Positions 39,213 to 51,461 of a stretch of 64,000 bases of DNA are shown here, in pieces. Origin of the DNA: Anaeramoeba ignava BMAN (Eukaryota; Protista; Anaeramoebae). The stretch spans positions 448,275-512,274 of the forward strand of contig JAPDFW010000066.1 in the NCBI GenBank assembly GCA_028826165.1, written 5' to 3'. A model generated the notes under the pieces. The model did not search any database. It was not told the origin of the DNA and was given only the letters and a program-made list of their open reading frames with translations. The translations under genes were made by a program, and so were the position numbers. How positions within the stretch are numbered: the first letter of the stretch is position 1; every line of letters starts with the position of its first letter.

Positions 39213-41163
39213 ATGCACACTTCATTTTATTGTGATTGTTTAAACATAAAATTAAGTGTTTTTGGAATAACTCAACCAAAAACACGTATTCAAAAAAGAT
39301 TAGAATTTCAATTAAAAGAAACTAACATTAAACAACCTTATTTTGCAAAATTACAAAACATTGAAATGGTAAAAGATTTTTTTTTGATCTTCGAATTTTT
39401 TTAATTAAATTTTAATTGGAAAAAAAAAATAAAAAAAAATAAAAATAGAAACATTCTTTATTAATGCAAAAAAGAATTGTTAATGAATGGACAGTTTTTA
39501 GATGTCAAAATTGTGATCGTGATATTTATGCAATAAGCAGTTCTAATACTTCTCAAGTTGTTATTGATTTTTTACAAGTAAATAATAAATAAAAAAATTT
39601 TTTTTTTTTAATTAAATTTTTTAATAATGCCCACATAAACAAAAAAAAATAATTAAAAAAAATTTTTTTTTTCTCATTTCTAAATAATTTAATTTTAATT
39701 TAAATTTAATTTATTTCCAAATAAGATTTAAATTCAATTTCTTGACAATTTTTTAATTTAATTTATTTCCAAATAAGATTTAATTTAATTTATTTCTAAA
39801 TAATTCAATTTATAAATGATTTAATTCATTTCCAAATAATTTAATTTTATTTATTGACAATTTTCCCATTCATTTCCAAATAATTTAATTTATTTCTAAA
39901 TAATGTAATTTTAATTTAAATTTAATTTTATTTCCAAATAAGATTTAAATTCAATTTATTTACAATTTTTTAATTTAATTCATTTCCAAATAAGATTTAA
40001 ATTTAATTTAATTTATTGACAATTTTTTAATTTAATTCATTTCTAAATAATTAATTTTAATTTAATTTAATTTTATTTATTGACAATTTTCCCATTCATT
40101 TCCAAATAATTTAATTTAATTTATTTATTGACAATTTTTAATTTAATTCATTTCTAAATAATTTAATTTAATTTTAATTTAATTTATTTTAAAATAAGAT
40201 TTAATTTTAATTTCTTTCTAAATTTTTAAATTTAATTTAATTTCTAAATAAGATTTAATTTTAATTTAATTTATTGACAATTTTTTAATTTAATTCATTT
40301 CTAAATAATTAATTTTAATTTAATTTAATTTTATTTATTGACAATTTTCCCATTCATTTCCAAATAATTTAATTTATAAATGATTTAATTCATTTCCAAA
40401 TAATTCAATTTAATTCATTTCTAAATAATTTATAAATAATTTTAATTATTTTATAAAATAGGCAAATAAAGATCCAGCTAAAATTTATTCAAGACATAAT
40501 TATTCTAAACTCTTCGAAATTCTTCTTCCTGAACCAACTCCTTATAATACAAAAACACCAAAAAATCCTCATTTATTCACAAACGAAAAACGATTGAACA
40601 AAAAATTTCAAAACAAATTACAACGATTAAAAACAAAAATCCATTTATCAATTCAGAAAAAACGGAACAAAAACAAAAACAAAAACTCACAAGAAATCCA
40701 AAAATACGCAAACAAACTCCAAAAAGAAATGAACATTTTTTGCAATCAAGTGATGAACAAACACAACAAAACAAACTTAAACAGAAGAAGTTTAGAAATG
40801 GAAACAAACAAAAAACAAATACAAATGGATAAATTAAACACTTTGGAACCTGAAGAAGATTTTTCAACAGTTTTCACCTTTGATTTCTCTCCAAAAAACT
40901 CAAAAGAACTTCGCCAAACAAAATCATCAGATTCAATCGAAGAACTCGAATTAATTGAAGAAAAATTAATTGAAAGTCCCCCAATTTTTAGTGTTAGCGC
41001 TCCAATTCCCATTGAATTTAATCCTCATCCAAAAATCACTAAGAAAATCTATTTCCCTTTTCAAACTGATTTTGTCACTCAAAATATTGAAGGTTCAGTT
41101 GGTGATTCTCCTACAAATTTACCCATTTGGTACAAACAAGCTGGTTTTAATCAAAAAGATTAA
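39213..41163 (+). CDS. Cys-motif/coiled-coil protein resembling invertebrate PRAS40/Lobe, 3 exons
   Basis: Exons 39213-39368, 39448-39577, 40462-41163 splice in frame: CDCLNIK..W..FRCQNC..NYSKLFEILL, coiled coil, VFTFD, SAPIPI. Gene model is solid, family call tentative. Confidence 0.55.
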
Positions 41164-41410
41164 AAAAAAAACAAACAACAAAATTCCATTTTAAAAAATT
41201 TTTTTTTAGAAATTTACTTTTACTTTTACTTTTAGTTTTTCTTTGTTTTAGTTTTGTTTTTTTCTTTTGTATAAATTTTTTTTTTTAAAAATAAAAAAAT
41301 AAATAAAATAATTCAATTTTGTGTTTTAATTTGATTTTGAAGAAAAAAAAAATTAAAAGAAAAAATATTTGATTTTGATTTTGATTTTGATTTTGGAAAA
41401 TAAACTTAAA

Positions 41411-44400
41411 TTAAAAATCGGATTTAATTGATTCATCTAAATCATCGGAATCATTTAGTAAATCGTCATCTGTATTATTTAATAATTCTTCAATTAATTC
41501 CTTTTCATCATTTCTTTTTCGTTTTCTTTTTTGTAACAAAACAATAACCACAATCAAAGAAATTATAAAAACAGGAACAATAACGCTGATTGTAATGATA
41601 ACTGTTTTTGAATTTGAAGTTGAAGGTTCGTTTTGAGTCCAAATCAAAGTTTCTGCAGGATTTCCACATTGATAATGCATATCACATGCTGAAACATTGA
41701 TATAATACTCTTCATTTGCAAGATTTGCTGTTATTTTTTCATTTGTTGATGTTAAATTAATTGAATTCAAATCTTGATTATTTTGTGATTGATAAGTGAA
41801 ATTATAAAAGGAAGGAGAAAGTGTTCCATTTGGTTTATCCCATGAACATATAATTTCATAAATATCTGCTACTGAACAACTTAAATTATTAACTGGCCCA
41901 AATATTAATGTATCAATTGTTGTATTTGAAATATCTCCACATATACCATTTATATCACAAGCTGAAACATTAATATAATATTCTTCATTTGAATGATTCG
42001 CTGTTATTGTTTCATTTGTTATTGCTAAATTAAACGAACCATTATCTTCTCCATTTTGTGATTGATAACTGAAATTATAAAAGGAAGGAATAAGTGTTCC
42101 ATTTGGTTCATCCCATGAGCAACTAATTGTAAATGAATCTGATATTGAACAACTTAAATTATTAACTTTTTCAAATATTAATGTATTAATTGTTATATTT
42201 GAAATATCTCCACATATACCATTTATATCACAAGCTGAAACATTAATATAATATTCTTCATTTGAATAATTTGCTGTTATTGTTTCATTTGTTATTGCTA
42301 AATTAAACGAACCATTATCTTCTCCATTTTGTGATTGATAACTGAAATTATAAAAGGAAGGAATAAGTGTTCCATTTGGTTTATCCCATAAACAAATAAT
42401 TGTAAATGAATCTGATATTGAACAACTTAAATTATTAACTTTTTCAAATATTAATGTATTAATTGTTATATTTGAAATATCTCCACATATACCATTTATA
42501 TCACAAGCTGAAACATAGATATAATATTCTTCATTTGAATAATTTGCTGTTATTGTTTCATTTGTTATTGCTAAATTAAATGAACCAATATCTTCTCCAT
42601 TTTGTGATTGATAAGTGAAATTATAAAATGAAGGAATAAGTGTTCCATTTGGTTCATCCCATGAGCAACTAATTGTAAATGAATCTGATATTGAACAACT
42701 TAAATTATTAACTTTTTCAAATATTGTTGTAGTAATCATCTTTGTTGAAACATCTCCACATATACCATTTATATCACAGGCTGAAACATAGATATAATAT
42801 TCTTCATTTGAATAATTTGCTGTTATTGTTTCATTTGTTATTGCTAAATTAAATGAACCAATATCTTCTCCATTTTGTGATTGATAACTGAAATTATAAA
42901 AGGAAGGAATAAGTGTTCCATTTGGTTTATCCCATAAACATATAATTGTAAATGAATCTGATATTGAACAATTTAAATGATTAACTTTTTCAAATATTGT
43001 TGTATTAATTGTTATATTTGAAACATTTCCACATATACCATTTATATCACAAGCTGAAACATAGATATAATATTCTTCATTTGAATAAATTGCTGTTGTA
43101 TTCCCATTTGGTAAAGTAAAATTAAATGAACCAATATCTTCTCCATTTTGTGATTGATAAGTGAAATTATAAAAGGAAGGAGAAAGTGTTCCATTTGGTT
43201 TATCCCATGAACAAATAATTGTAAATGAATCTGATATTGAACAATTTAAATGATTAACTTGTTCAAATATTGTTGTATTAACTACTACATTTGAAACATC
43301 CCCACATTTATTGTTTATATCACAAGCTGAAACATAGATATAATATTCTTCATTTGAATAATTTGCTGTTATTGTTTCATTTGTTATTGTTGATATTAAA
43401 TTAAACGAACCATTATCTTCTCCATTTTGTGATTGATAAGTGAAATTATAAAATGAAGGAATAAGTGTTCCATTTGGTTTATCCCATAAACATATAATTG
43501 TAAATGAATCTGATATTGAACAACTTAAATTAACTTGTCCAAATATTGATGTAGTAATTATTATGTTTGAAACATCTCCACATTTATTGTTTATATCACA
43601 AGCTGAAACATTAATTTGATATTCTTCATTTGAATAATTTGCTGTTATTGTTTCATTTGTTATTGTTGATATTAAATTAAACGAACCATTATCTTCTCCA
43701 TTTTGTGATTGATAACTGAAATTATAAAAGGAAGGAGAAAGTGTTCCATTTGGTTTATTCCATGAACAACTAATTGTAAATGAATCAGATATTGAGCAAC
43801 TTAAATTATTAACTTTTTCAAATATTGTTGTATTAATCATCTTTGTTGAAATATCCCCACATATACCATTTATATCACAGGCTGAAACATAGATATAATA
43901 TTCTTCATTTGAATAATTTGCTGTTATTGTTTCATTTGTTATTGTTGATGCTAAAATAAATACACCATTATCTTCTCCATTTTGTGATTGATAAGTAAAA
44001 TTATAAAAGGAAGGAGAAAGTGTTCCATCTGGTTCATCCCATGAACATATAATTGTAAATGAATCTGATATTGAACAATTTAAATTATTAACTGGTCCAA
44101 ATATCGATGTAGTAGCTGTCGTTGTTGAAATATCTCCACATATACCATTTATATCACATGCTGAAACATTAATTTGATATTCTTCATTTGAGTAATTTGC
44201 TGTTATTGTTTCACTTGTTGATGTTAAATTAAACGAACCATTATCTTCTCCATTTTGTGATTGATAAGTGAAATTATAAAAGGAAGGAATAAGTGTTCCA
44301 TTTGGTTTATCCCATGAACATATAATTGTAAATGAATCTGATATTGGACAATTTAAATGATTAACTTTTTCAAATATTGTTGTAGTAATTGTTGTATTTG

Positions 44401-47400
44401 AAATATTTCCACATATACCATTTATATCACAAGCTGAAACATAGATATAATATTCTTCATTTGAATAATTTGCTGTTGTATTCCCATTTGGTAAAGTAAA
44501 ATTAAGTGAACCATTATCTTCTCCATTTTGTGATTGATAAGTAAAATTATAAAATGAAGGAATAAGTGTTCCATTTGGTTTATCCCATAAACAAATAATT
44601 GTAAATGAATCTGATATTGAACAATTTAAATTATTAACTTTTTCAAATATTGTTGTAGTAATTGTTGTATTTGAAACATTTCCACATATACCATTTATAT
44701 CACAAGCTGAAACATAGATATAATATTCTTCATTTGAATAATTTGCTGTTGTATTCCCATTTGTTAAAGTAAAATTAAGTGAACCATTATCTTCTCCATT
44801 TTGTGATTGATAACTGAAATTATAAAATGAAGGAATAAGTGTTCCATTTGGTTCATCCCATGAACATATAATTGTAAATGAATCTGATATTGAACAATTT
44901 AAATTATTAACTTGTTCAAATATTGTTGTAGTAACTGTTGTATTTGAAACATTTCCACATATACCATTTATATCACAAGCTGAAACATAGATATAATATT
45001 CTTCATTTGAATAAATTGCTGTTGTATTCCCATTTGGTAAAGTAAAATTAAGTGAACCATTATCTTCTCCATTTTGTGATTGATAAGTAAAATTATAAAA
45101 TGAAGGAATAAGTGTTCCATTTGGTTTATCCCATGAACATATAATTGTAAATGAATCTGATATTGAACAATTTAAATTATTAACTTTTTCAAATATTGTT
45201 GTAGTAACTATCTTTGTTGAAATATCTCCACAATGGTTGTTTATATCACAAGCTGAAACATTAATTTGATATTCTTCATTTGAATAATTTGCTGTTATTG
45301 TTTCATTTGTTGATGTTAAATTAAAAGAACCATTATCTTCTCCATTTTGTGATTGATAACTGAAGCTATAAAATGAAGGAATAAGTGTTCCATCTGGTTT
45401 ATCCCATGAGCAACTAATTGTAAATGAATCAGATATTGAACAACTTAAATTAACTGGTCCAAATATTGATGTAGTAACTATCTTTGTTGAAATATCTCCA
45501 CATATACCATTTATATCACAGGCTGAAACATTAATTTGATATTCTTCATTTGAATAGTTTGCTGTTATTGTTTCATTTGTTGATGTTAAATTAAAAGAAC
45601 CATTATCTTCTCCATTTTGTGATTGATAACTGAAGCTATAAAATGAAGGAATAAGTGTTCCATTTGGTTTATCCCATGAACAACTAATTGTAAATGAATC
45701 AGATATTGAACAACTTAAATTAACTTGTTCAAATATTGTTGTAGTAACTGTTGTATTTGAAACATTTCCACATATACCATTTATATCACAAGCTGAAACA
45801 TAGATATAATATTCTTCATTTGAATAGTTTGCTGTTATTGTTTCATTTGTTGATGTTAAATTAAAAGAACCATTATCTTCTCCATTTTGTGATTGATAAC
45901 TGAAATTATAAAATGAAGGAATAAGTGTTCCATTTGGTTTATCCCATGAACAACTAATTGTAAATGAATCTGATATTGAACAATTTAAATTATTAACTTG
46001 TCCAAATATTGTTGTAGTAACTGTTGTATTTGAAACATTTCCACATATACCATTTATATCACAAGCTGAAACATAGATATAATATTCTTCATTTGAATAG
46101 TTTGCTGTTATTGTTTCATTTGTTATTGTTAAATTAAACGAACCAATATCTTCTCCATTTTGTGATTGATAAGTGAAATTATAAAATGAAGGAATAAGTG
46201 TTCCATTTGGTTCATCCCATAAACAAATAATTGTAAATGAATCTGATATTGAACAACTTAAATTAACTTCTCCAAATATTGTTGTAGTAACTGTTGTATT
46301 TGAAACATTTCCACATATACCATTTATATCACAAGCTGAAACATAGATATAATATTCTTGATCTGAATAATTTGCTGTTATTGTTTCATTTGTTATTGTT
46401 AAATTAAGTGAACCAATATCTTCTCCATTTTGTGATTGATAAGTGAAATTATAAAATGAAGGAATAAGTGTTCCATTTGGTTTATCCCATAAACAAATAA
46501 TTGTAAATGAATCAGATATTGAACAACTTAAATTAACTTCTCCAAATATTGTTGTATTAATTGTTGTATTTGAAACATTTCCACATATACCATTTATATC
46601 ACAAGCTGAAACATAGATATAATATTCTTGATCTGAATAATTTGCTGTTATAGTTTCATTTGTTATTGTTAAATTAAATGAACCAATATCTTCTCCATTT
46701 TGTGATTGATAAGTGAAATTATAAAATGAAGGAATAAGTGTTCCATTTGGTTCATTCCATGAACATATAATTGTAAATGAATCTGATATTGAACAATTTA
46801 AATTATTAACTTGTCCAAATATTGTTGTATTAACTATTTTATTTGAAATATCTCCACATATACCATTTATATCACAAGCTGAAACATATATATAATATTC
46901 TTGATCTGAATAATTTGCTGTTATTGTTTCATTTGTTATTGTTAAATTAAGTGAACCAATATCTTCTCCATTTTGTGATTGATAAGTAAAATTATAAGAT
47001 GAAGGAGAAAGTGTTCCATTTGGTTCATCCCATAAACAAATAATTGTAAATGAATCTGATATTGAACAACTTAAATTATTAACTTGTTCAAATATTAATG
47101 TATTAACTGTTGTATTTGAAATATCTCCACATATACCATTTATATCACAAGCTGAAACATAGATATAATATTCTTCATTTGAATAATTTGCTGTTATTGT
47201 TTCATTTGTTATTGTTAAATTAAGTGAACCAATATCTTCTCCATTTTGTGATTGATAAGTAAAATTATAAGATGAAGGAATAAGTGTTCCATTTGGTTCA
47301 TCCCATAAACAAATAATTGTAAATGAATCTGATATTGAACAATTTAAATTATTAACTTGTCCAAATATTAATGTATTAACTGTTGTATTTGAAACATCTC

Positions 47401-48799
47401 CACATATACCATTTATATCACAAGCTGAAACATAGATATAATATTCTTCATTTGAATAATTTGCTGTTATTGTTTCATTTGTTATTGTTAAATTAAGTGA
47501 ACCAATATCTTCTCCATTTTGTGATTGATAACTGAAATTATAAAATGAAGGAGAAAGTGTTCCATTTGGTTCATCCCATGAGCAAATAATTGTAAATGAA
47601 TCTGATATTGAACAACTTAAATTAACTTGTCCAAATATTGTTGTATTTGAAATTGTGGAAACTTCTCCTTTAGAATCTCCTTGGCATTCAGATGTTTGAC
47701 AAGCCCATATTGAAATTGAATAATTGCTCCCCGAATTTAAATTACTCAAGTTGTATGAAGTAGATGAATTGTTAATAGTAGCATCTCCCACTTCTTCTTC
47801 CATATTTAAAGAATAAGAAATAGCATAATGATCAAGTTTTGGAACACCTTCAATGATTGGAACATTTGGATAATTCCATGAAATATCAATAGATGTTGAT
47901 GATAATGTTATTGCTGATAAATTTTTTACTGAATCAATTCTAGTTGTTAAATTGACTTCATTTGTAGAATTCCCACATTGATCCTCTGCATCGCAAGCTA
48001 TTATTTGAATTGTGTAATTTTCATTCCCAGAAATATTTGGATAATTCGAAGAATCAAAAATTTGATAAAGAGTATTGTCTTGTACTTCCGGATTTTGAAT
48101 TATATTCCAATCTCCGTTATAATTGATCTTATATGTGATATTGTCTTGAGAAACGTTATACCAATAACATTCAAAAGAAGAAAACAAAGTTGTACAGTTG
48201 ATAATAGTAACATTATCTGGAGTTACTTGTTCATGAAAGTTGAGGTAATTTTGAAGATTTGAAAATGGGATTTTGGATTCTATCCAATTTTTTCCGTTGA
48301 ATTTAAACAAATAGACTGAATTTTGATTTGAATTTAGATTTGAATTTTGATTTGAATTTTGATTTGAATTTAGATTTGAATTTTGATTTGAATTTTGATT
48401 TGAATTTATCCCCTTTGTTTGAACTAGCAAAATATCATCTTCTAAAATTGAACAACTTGAGCCAAAATAACCATTTGCAATTCCATCACTTGCAATAAGT
48501 GTTGCTTCTTTATTCCAATTTGATCCTTCCTTTCGATAAACATAAACTTTTCCTTGGTTTTTATTGTTTCCAATTGAAGCTTCAGGAAATCCTATAAGAA
48601 TTAAATTTTTTGAAACACTAATTTCCTTGCCACATTTTTCTTGATAATTTTTTTGATTAAAATCTTTTGGAATGCATTCAATTTTGTGGAAATTTGTTTT
48701 TGCTTTCTGTTTTTCTGTGATTTGGTAAGTTTTGCTATTGAAAATTGTTATTGATAAAGAAAGGAAAATTAAAATAAAAAATAGTTTGTTTTGTTTCAT
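41411..48799 (-). CDS. 2462-aa type I membrane glycoprotein: signal peptide, FG-GAP-like repeat, ~24 fibronectin type III domains, TM, short acidic tail
   Basis: Intact intronless ORF with 22 near-identical ~90-aa repeats (ICxWDxPNG..Y..YxIxVSAC) plus 2 divergent ones. TM VIITISVIVPVFIISLIVVIVLL is followed by QKRKRKR. Confidence 0.9.
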   Translation of the reverse strand: MKQNKLFFILIFLSLSITIFNSKTYQITEKQKAKTNFHKIECIPKDFNQKNYQEKCGKEISVSKNLILIGFPEASIGNNKNQGKVYVYRKEGSNWNKEATLIASDGIANGYFGSSCSILEDDILLVQTKGINSNQNSNQNSNLNSNQNSNQNSNLNSNQNSVYLFKFNGKNWIESKIPFSNLQNYLNFHEQVTPDNVTIINCTTLFSSFECYWYNVSQDNITYKINYNGDWNIIQNPEVQDNTLYQIFDSSNYPNISGNENYTIQIIACDAEDQCGNSTNEVNLTTRIDSVKNLSAITLSSTSIDISWNYPNVPIIEGVPKLDHYAISYSLNMEEEVGDATINNSSTSYNLSNLNSGSNYSISIWACQTSECQGDSKGEVSTISNTTIFGQVNLSCSISDSFTIICSWDEPNGTLSPSFYNFSYQSQNGEDIGSLNLTITNETITANYSNEEYYIYVSACDINGICGDVSNTTVNTLIFGQVNNLNCSISDSFTIICLWDEPNGTLIPSSYNFTYQSQNGEDIGSLNLTITNETITANYSNEEYYIYVSACDINGICGDISNTTVNTLIFEQVNNLSCSISDSFTIICLWDEPNGTLSPSSYNFTYQSQNGEDIGSLNLTITNETITANYSDQEYYIYVSACDINGICGDISNKIVNTTIFGQVNNLNCSISDSFTIICSWNEPNGTLIPSFYNFTYQSQNGEDIGSFNLTITNETITANYSDQEYYIYVSACDINGICGNVSNTTINTTIFGEVNLSCSISDSFTIICLWDKPNGTLIPSFYNFTYQSQNGEDIGSLNLTITNETITANYSDQEYYIYVSACDINGICGNVSNTTVTTTIFGEVNLSCSISDSFTIICLWDEPNGTLIPSFYNFTYQSQNGEDIGSFNLTITNETITANYSNEEYYIYVSACDINGICGNVSNTTVTTTIFGQVNNLNCSISDSFTISCSWDKPNGTLIPSFYNFSYQSQNGEDNGSFNLTSTNETITANYSNEEYYIYVSACDINGICGNVSNTTVTTTIFEQVNLSCSISDSFTISCSWDKPNGTLIPSFYSFSYQSQNGEDNGSFNLTSTNETITANYSNEEYQINVSACDINGICGDISTKIVTTSIFGPVNLSCSISDSFTISCSWDKPDGTLIPSFYSFSYQSQNGEDNGSFNLTSTNETITANYSNEEYQINVSACDINNHCGDISTKIVTTTIFEKVNNLNCSISDSFTIICSWDKPNGTLIPSFYNFTYQSQNGEDNGSLNFTLPNGNTTAIYSNEEYYIYVSACDINGICGNVSNTTVTTTIFEQVNNLNCSISDSFTIICSWDEPNGTLIPSFYNFSYQSQNGEDNGSLNFTLTNGNTTANYSNEEYYIYVSACDINGICGNVSNTTITTTIFEKVNNLNCSISDSFTIICLWDKPNGTLIPSFYNFTYQSQNGEDNGSLNFTLPNGNTTANYSNEEYYIYVSACDINGICGNISNTTITTTIFEKVNHLNCPISDSFTIICSWDKPNGTLIPSFYNFTYQSQNGEDNGSFNLTSTSETITANYSNEEYQINVSACDINGICGDISTTTATTSIFGPVNNLNCSISDSFTIICSWDEPDGTLSPSFYNFTYQSQNGEDNGVFILASTITNETITANYSNEEYYIYVSACDINGICGDISTKMINTTIFEKVNNLSCSISDSFTISCSWNKPNGTLSPSFYNFSYQSQNGEDNGSFNLISTITNETITANYSNEEYQINVSACDINNKCGDVSNIIITTSIFGQVNLSCSISDSFTIICLWDKPNGTLIPSFYNFTYQSQNGEDNGSFNLISTITNETITANYSNEEYYIYVSACDINNKCGDVSNVVVNTTIFEQVNHLNCSISDSFTIICSWDKPNGTLSPSFYNFTYQSQNGEDIGSFNFTLPNGNTTAIYSNEEYYIYVSACDINGICGNVSNITINTTIFEKVNHLNCSISDSFTIICLWDKPNGTLIPSFYNFSYQSQNGEDIGSFNLAITNETITANYSNEEYYIYVSACDINGICGDVSTKMITTTIFEKVNNLSCSISDSFTISCSWDEPNGTLIPSFYNFTYQSQNGEDIGSFNLAITNETITANYSNEEYYIYVSACDINGICGDISNITINTLIFEKVNNLSCSISDSFTIICLWDKPNGTLIPSFYNFSYQSQNGEDNGSFNLAITNETITANYSNEEYYINVSACDINGICGDISNITINTLIFEKVNNLSCSISDSFTISCSWDEPNGTLIPSFYNFSYQSQNGEDNGSFNLAITNETITANHSNEEYYINVSACDINGICGDISNTTIDTLIFGPVNNLSCSVADIYEIICSWDKPNGTLSPSFYNFTYQSQNNQDLNSINLTSTNEKITANLANEEYYINVSACDMHYQCGNPAETLIWTQNEPSTSNSKTVIITISVIVPVFIISLIVVIVLLQKRKRKRNDEKELIEELLNNTDDDLLNDSDDLDESIKSDF

Positions 48800-49283
48800 T
48801 TTAAAAAATTAAGAAAAAAAATTTTTTTGTTAATTTCTTTGTTAAAAAAAAAGAAAAAAGAAAGAAAAAAAATGATTTTTAAATTAAAAAAAAAAGGAAA
48901 AAAAATTTTTTTTATTTAATTTTAATTTTAATCCAATTTTCTTTTTTCTTTTGCTTTTTAAAGTTAATTTTGATTTTAATTTTAATTTTGATTTTAATTT
49001 TAATTTTAATTTTAATTTTAATTTTAATTTTAATTTTAATTTTAATTTTAATTTTAATTTTAATTTTAATTTTAATTTTAATTTTAATTTTGATTTTTAA
49101 TTTTGATTTTAATTTTGATTTTAATTTTAATTTTAATTTTGATTTTGATTTTAATTTTGATTTTAATTTTAATTTTAATTTTTAATTTTAATTTTAATTT
49201 TGATTTTAATTTTAATTTTAATTTTGATTTTGATTTTGATTTTGAATTTTGATTTTGATTTTAATTTTAATTTTAATTTTAAT

Positions 49284-51098
49284 TTAAAAAATTAAACAAT
49301 TTTCTTTGTTTTTCTCTTTTTTTCTTTTTTGATTTTGATTATTAAATTTATTAATTAATAAATCAAATAAATTTGGATTTGTTTGATTTAATTGAAAATA
49401 ATCAATTCCTCTTTCTAACTCATCAATTATTTCTTGTGTAATTTCAATTCCATCTTTAATTTGATTTGAATAAATCCAATATTCAAATATTTGAAATGAT
49501 TTATTATTTAATTCACTATAATCTGTAACTTTATTAGATTTATCTTCTGTTACAGATAAAAACATTCCTAGATATAATTCACTTCTCATTATTAATATTA
49601 ATTTAGGAAATTTATATTGTTTTTCTTTTCTTTCAATAATAAAATCTTTTTCATTTTCATTTTCATTTAAATAAATTCTTTTCATTGTTTCTTCAATTTT
49701 TTCATTTGAATTTATAATTTCTTTAATTTCAAAATATAATATTGGATTTATTTTGGAATTATTTGAATAAATCATTTCAAATATTTGATTTGATTCTTTA
49801 ATTGATTTTTTTGAAATAATTTCTTTAAGTTTTTCAATTTCATTTTCATCTTTTAATCTATATTTCAATATTAATTTATGAGCTGAGATTATTTCTCCAT
49901 TTTCTGTTTTAAATGAAATATTACAAAATTCTTTTCTTCTAAATAATTTTATCAAATCTTCTTCAAGATTGGAAAAAGAAAAAGGAGAATAATAAATAAA
50001 TGAATTGTTAAATCCACAAGAAATATGATAATTAGAAATATTTTCATTAAATTTTAATTTAGGAAGTTCAATTTGAATTGGAATTAATTGATGTTGTTCA
50101 TTTTCATTTCCTAATTGGCCATAAAAGTTACCACCAAATCCAATTAATTTTGAATTGGAAGTTAAAATCAAAGTATGATTAAATCCACAAGAAAAATCAA
50201 GAATATTATCATTTTCAAATAAAGATGATTTGATTTCAGTAAATTCATAAATATTTCCATTTTTGCCAAGTCCATTGAATTCATAATAACCACATGAATA
50301 AAGTTTTCTTTTTTGATTTTGATTTTCATTTTCATATTCAATTAACATTATTGAATAAATACTTCCACATTGAATATCAATTATTTTGCCTTTTGGAATA
50401 TTTTGGATTTTGATTAATTTATCAATTTTCCACTCTTGTCTTAATTCACCTAATCCAAGTTGGCCAGAATAATTCCATCCGCATACAAATAATTCTTGAT
50501 TTGAATTTAAAAGAAAAGCATGATTTGAAGAATTTCCTGAAAATATTTTAGAAACATTTTTCATCATTAAAATTGGTTTTTCTGCTTTATTAAGTGTTTT
50601 AGAATTAAAACCAAGTTGACCATATTCATTTGAACCAATTCCATAAGCATTATGATTTGAAGTTAATAAGTAAATTGAATTCTTTCCAGAAACAATATCT
50701 TGAATTATTCTATCATTTGTATCTTCAATTGATGATGAAATATTGATAATTTTATTTTGATTTTTTGAATTAATATCTTTTCCTTTGGCAAATACATTTC
50801 CTTCTATTGTTAAAATAGCTTCATTGTGAAAACCAACAGTTACTTTTTGAATATTTTCAATTTGGATTTTTGAAGGATTTTGATTTGAATATTCTTCATT
50901 TAAATATTCTATTGCTTTTCCATTTTTAAAAAGGAAAATTGTTGAAAAAAAACTTGTTGAAATTTGTTTAATTTGTTTTTCATTTTCATTTTCATTTTCA
51001 TTTTCAAATTTAAATTGAATTGGTTTTGTTATTTTATTTGGTTCATTTTCGATAAATTTTGGATATTGATTCCAACCAAAAAATATAATTTCATTCAT
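49284..51098 (-). CDS. RCC1-repeat + BTB-like protein with polybasic-CaaX (CLIF) end
   Basis: GxNxxGQLG and SCGxxHT repeats; FCNISF..AHKLIL and DFII..KLILIMRSELY.GMF BTB-like motifs. Confidence 0.9.
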   Translation of the reverse strand: MNEIIFFGWNQYPKFIENEPNKITKPIQFKFENENENENEKQIKQISTSFFSTIFLFKNGKAIEYLNEEYSNQNPSKIQIENIQKVTVGFHNEAILTIEGNVFAKGKDINSKNQNKIINISSSIEDTNDRIIQDIVSGKNSIYLLTSNHNAYGIGSNEYGQLGFNSKTLNKAEKPILMMKNVSKIFSGNSSNHAFLLNSNQELFVCGWNYSGQLGLGELRQEWKIDKLIKIQNIPKGKIIDIQCGSIYSIMLIEYENENQNQKRKLYSCGYYEFNGLGKNGNIYEFTEIKSSLFENDNILDFSCGFNHTLILTSNSKLIGFGGNFYGQLGNENEQHQLIPIQIELPKLKFNENISNYHISCGFNNSFIYYSPFSFSNLEEDLIKLFRRKEFCNISFKTENGEIISAHKLILKYRLKDENEIEKLKEIISKKSIKESNQIFEMIYSNNSKINPILYFEIKEIINSNEKIEETMKRIYLNENENEKDFIIERKEKQYKFPKLILIMRSELYLGMFLSVTEDKSNKVTDYSELNNKSFQIFEYWIYSNQIKDGIEITQEIIDELERGIDYFQLNQTNPNLFDLLINKFNNQNQKRKKEKNKENCLIF

Positions 51099-51461
51099 TT
51101 TTGAAAAGAAAAGAAAAAAAATGAAAAAATAATTTTTGGAATTTTAATTTTGATTTTAATTTTAATTTTGATTTTAATTTTGATTTTAGTTTTAATTTTA
51201 ATTTTAATTTTAATTTTAATTTTAATTTTGATTTTAGTTTTGATTTTAATTTTAATTTTAATTTTAATTTTAATTTTAATTTTAATTTTAATTTTAATTT
51301 TAATTTTAATTTTAATTTTAATTTTGATTTTTAATTTTAATTTTAATTTTAATTTTAATTTTAATTTTGATTTTAATTTTAATTTTAATTTTAATTTTGA
51401 TTTTGATTTTAATTTTAATTTTGATTTTAATTTTAATTTTAATTTTAGTTTTGATTTTAAT

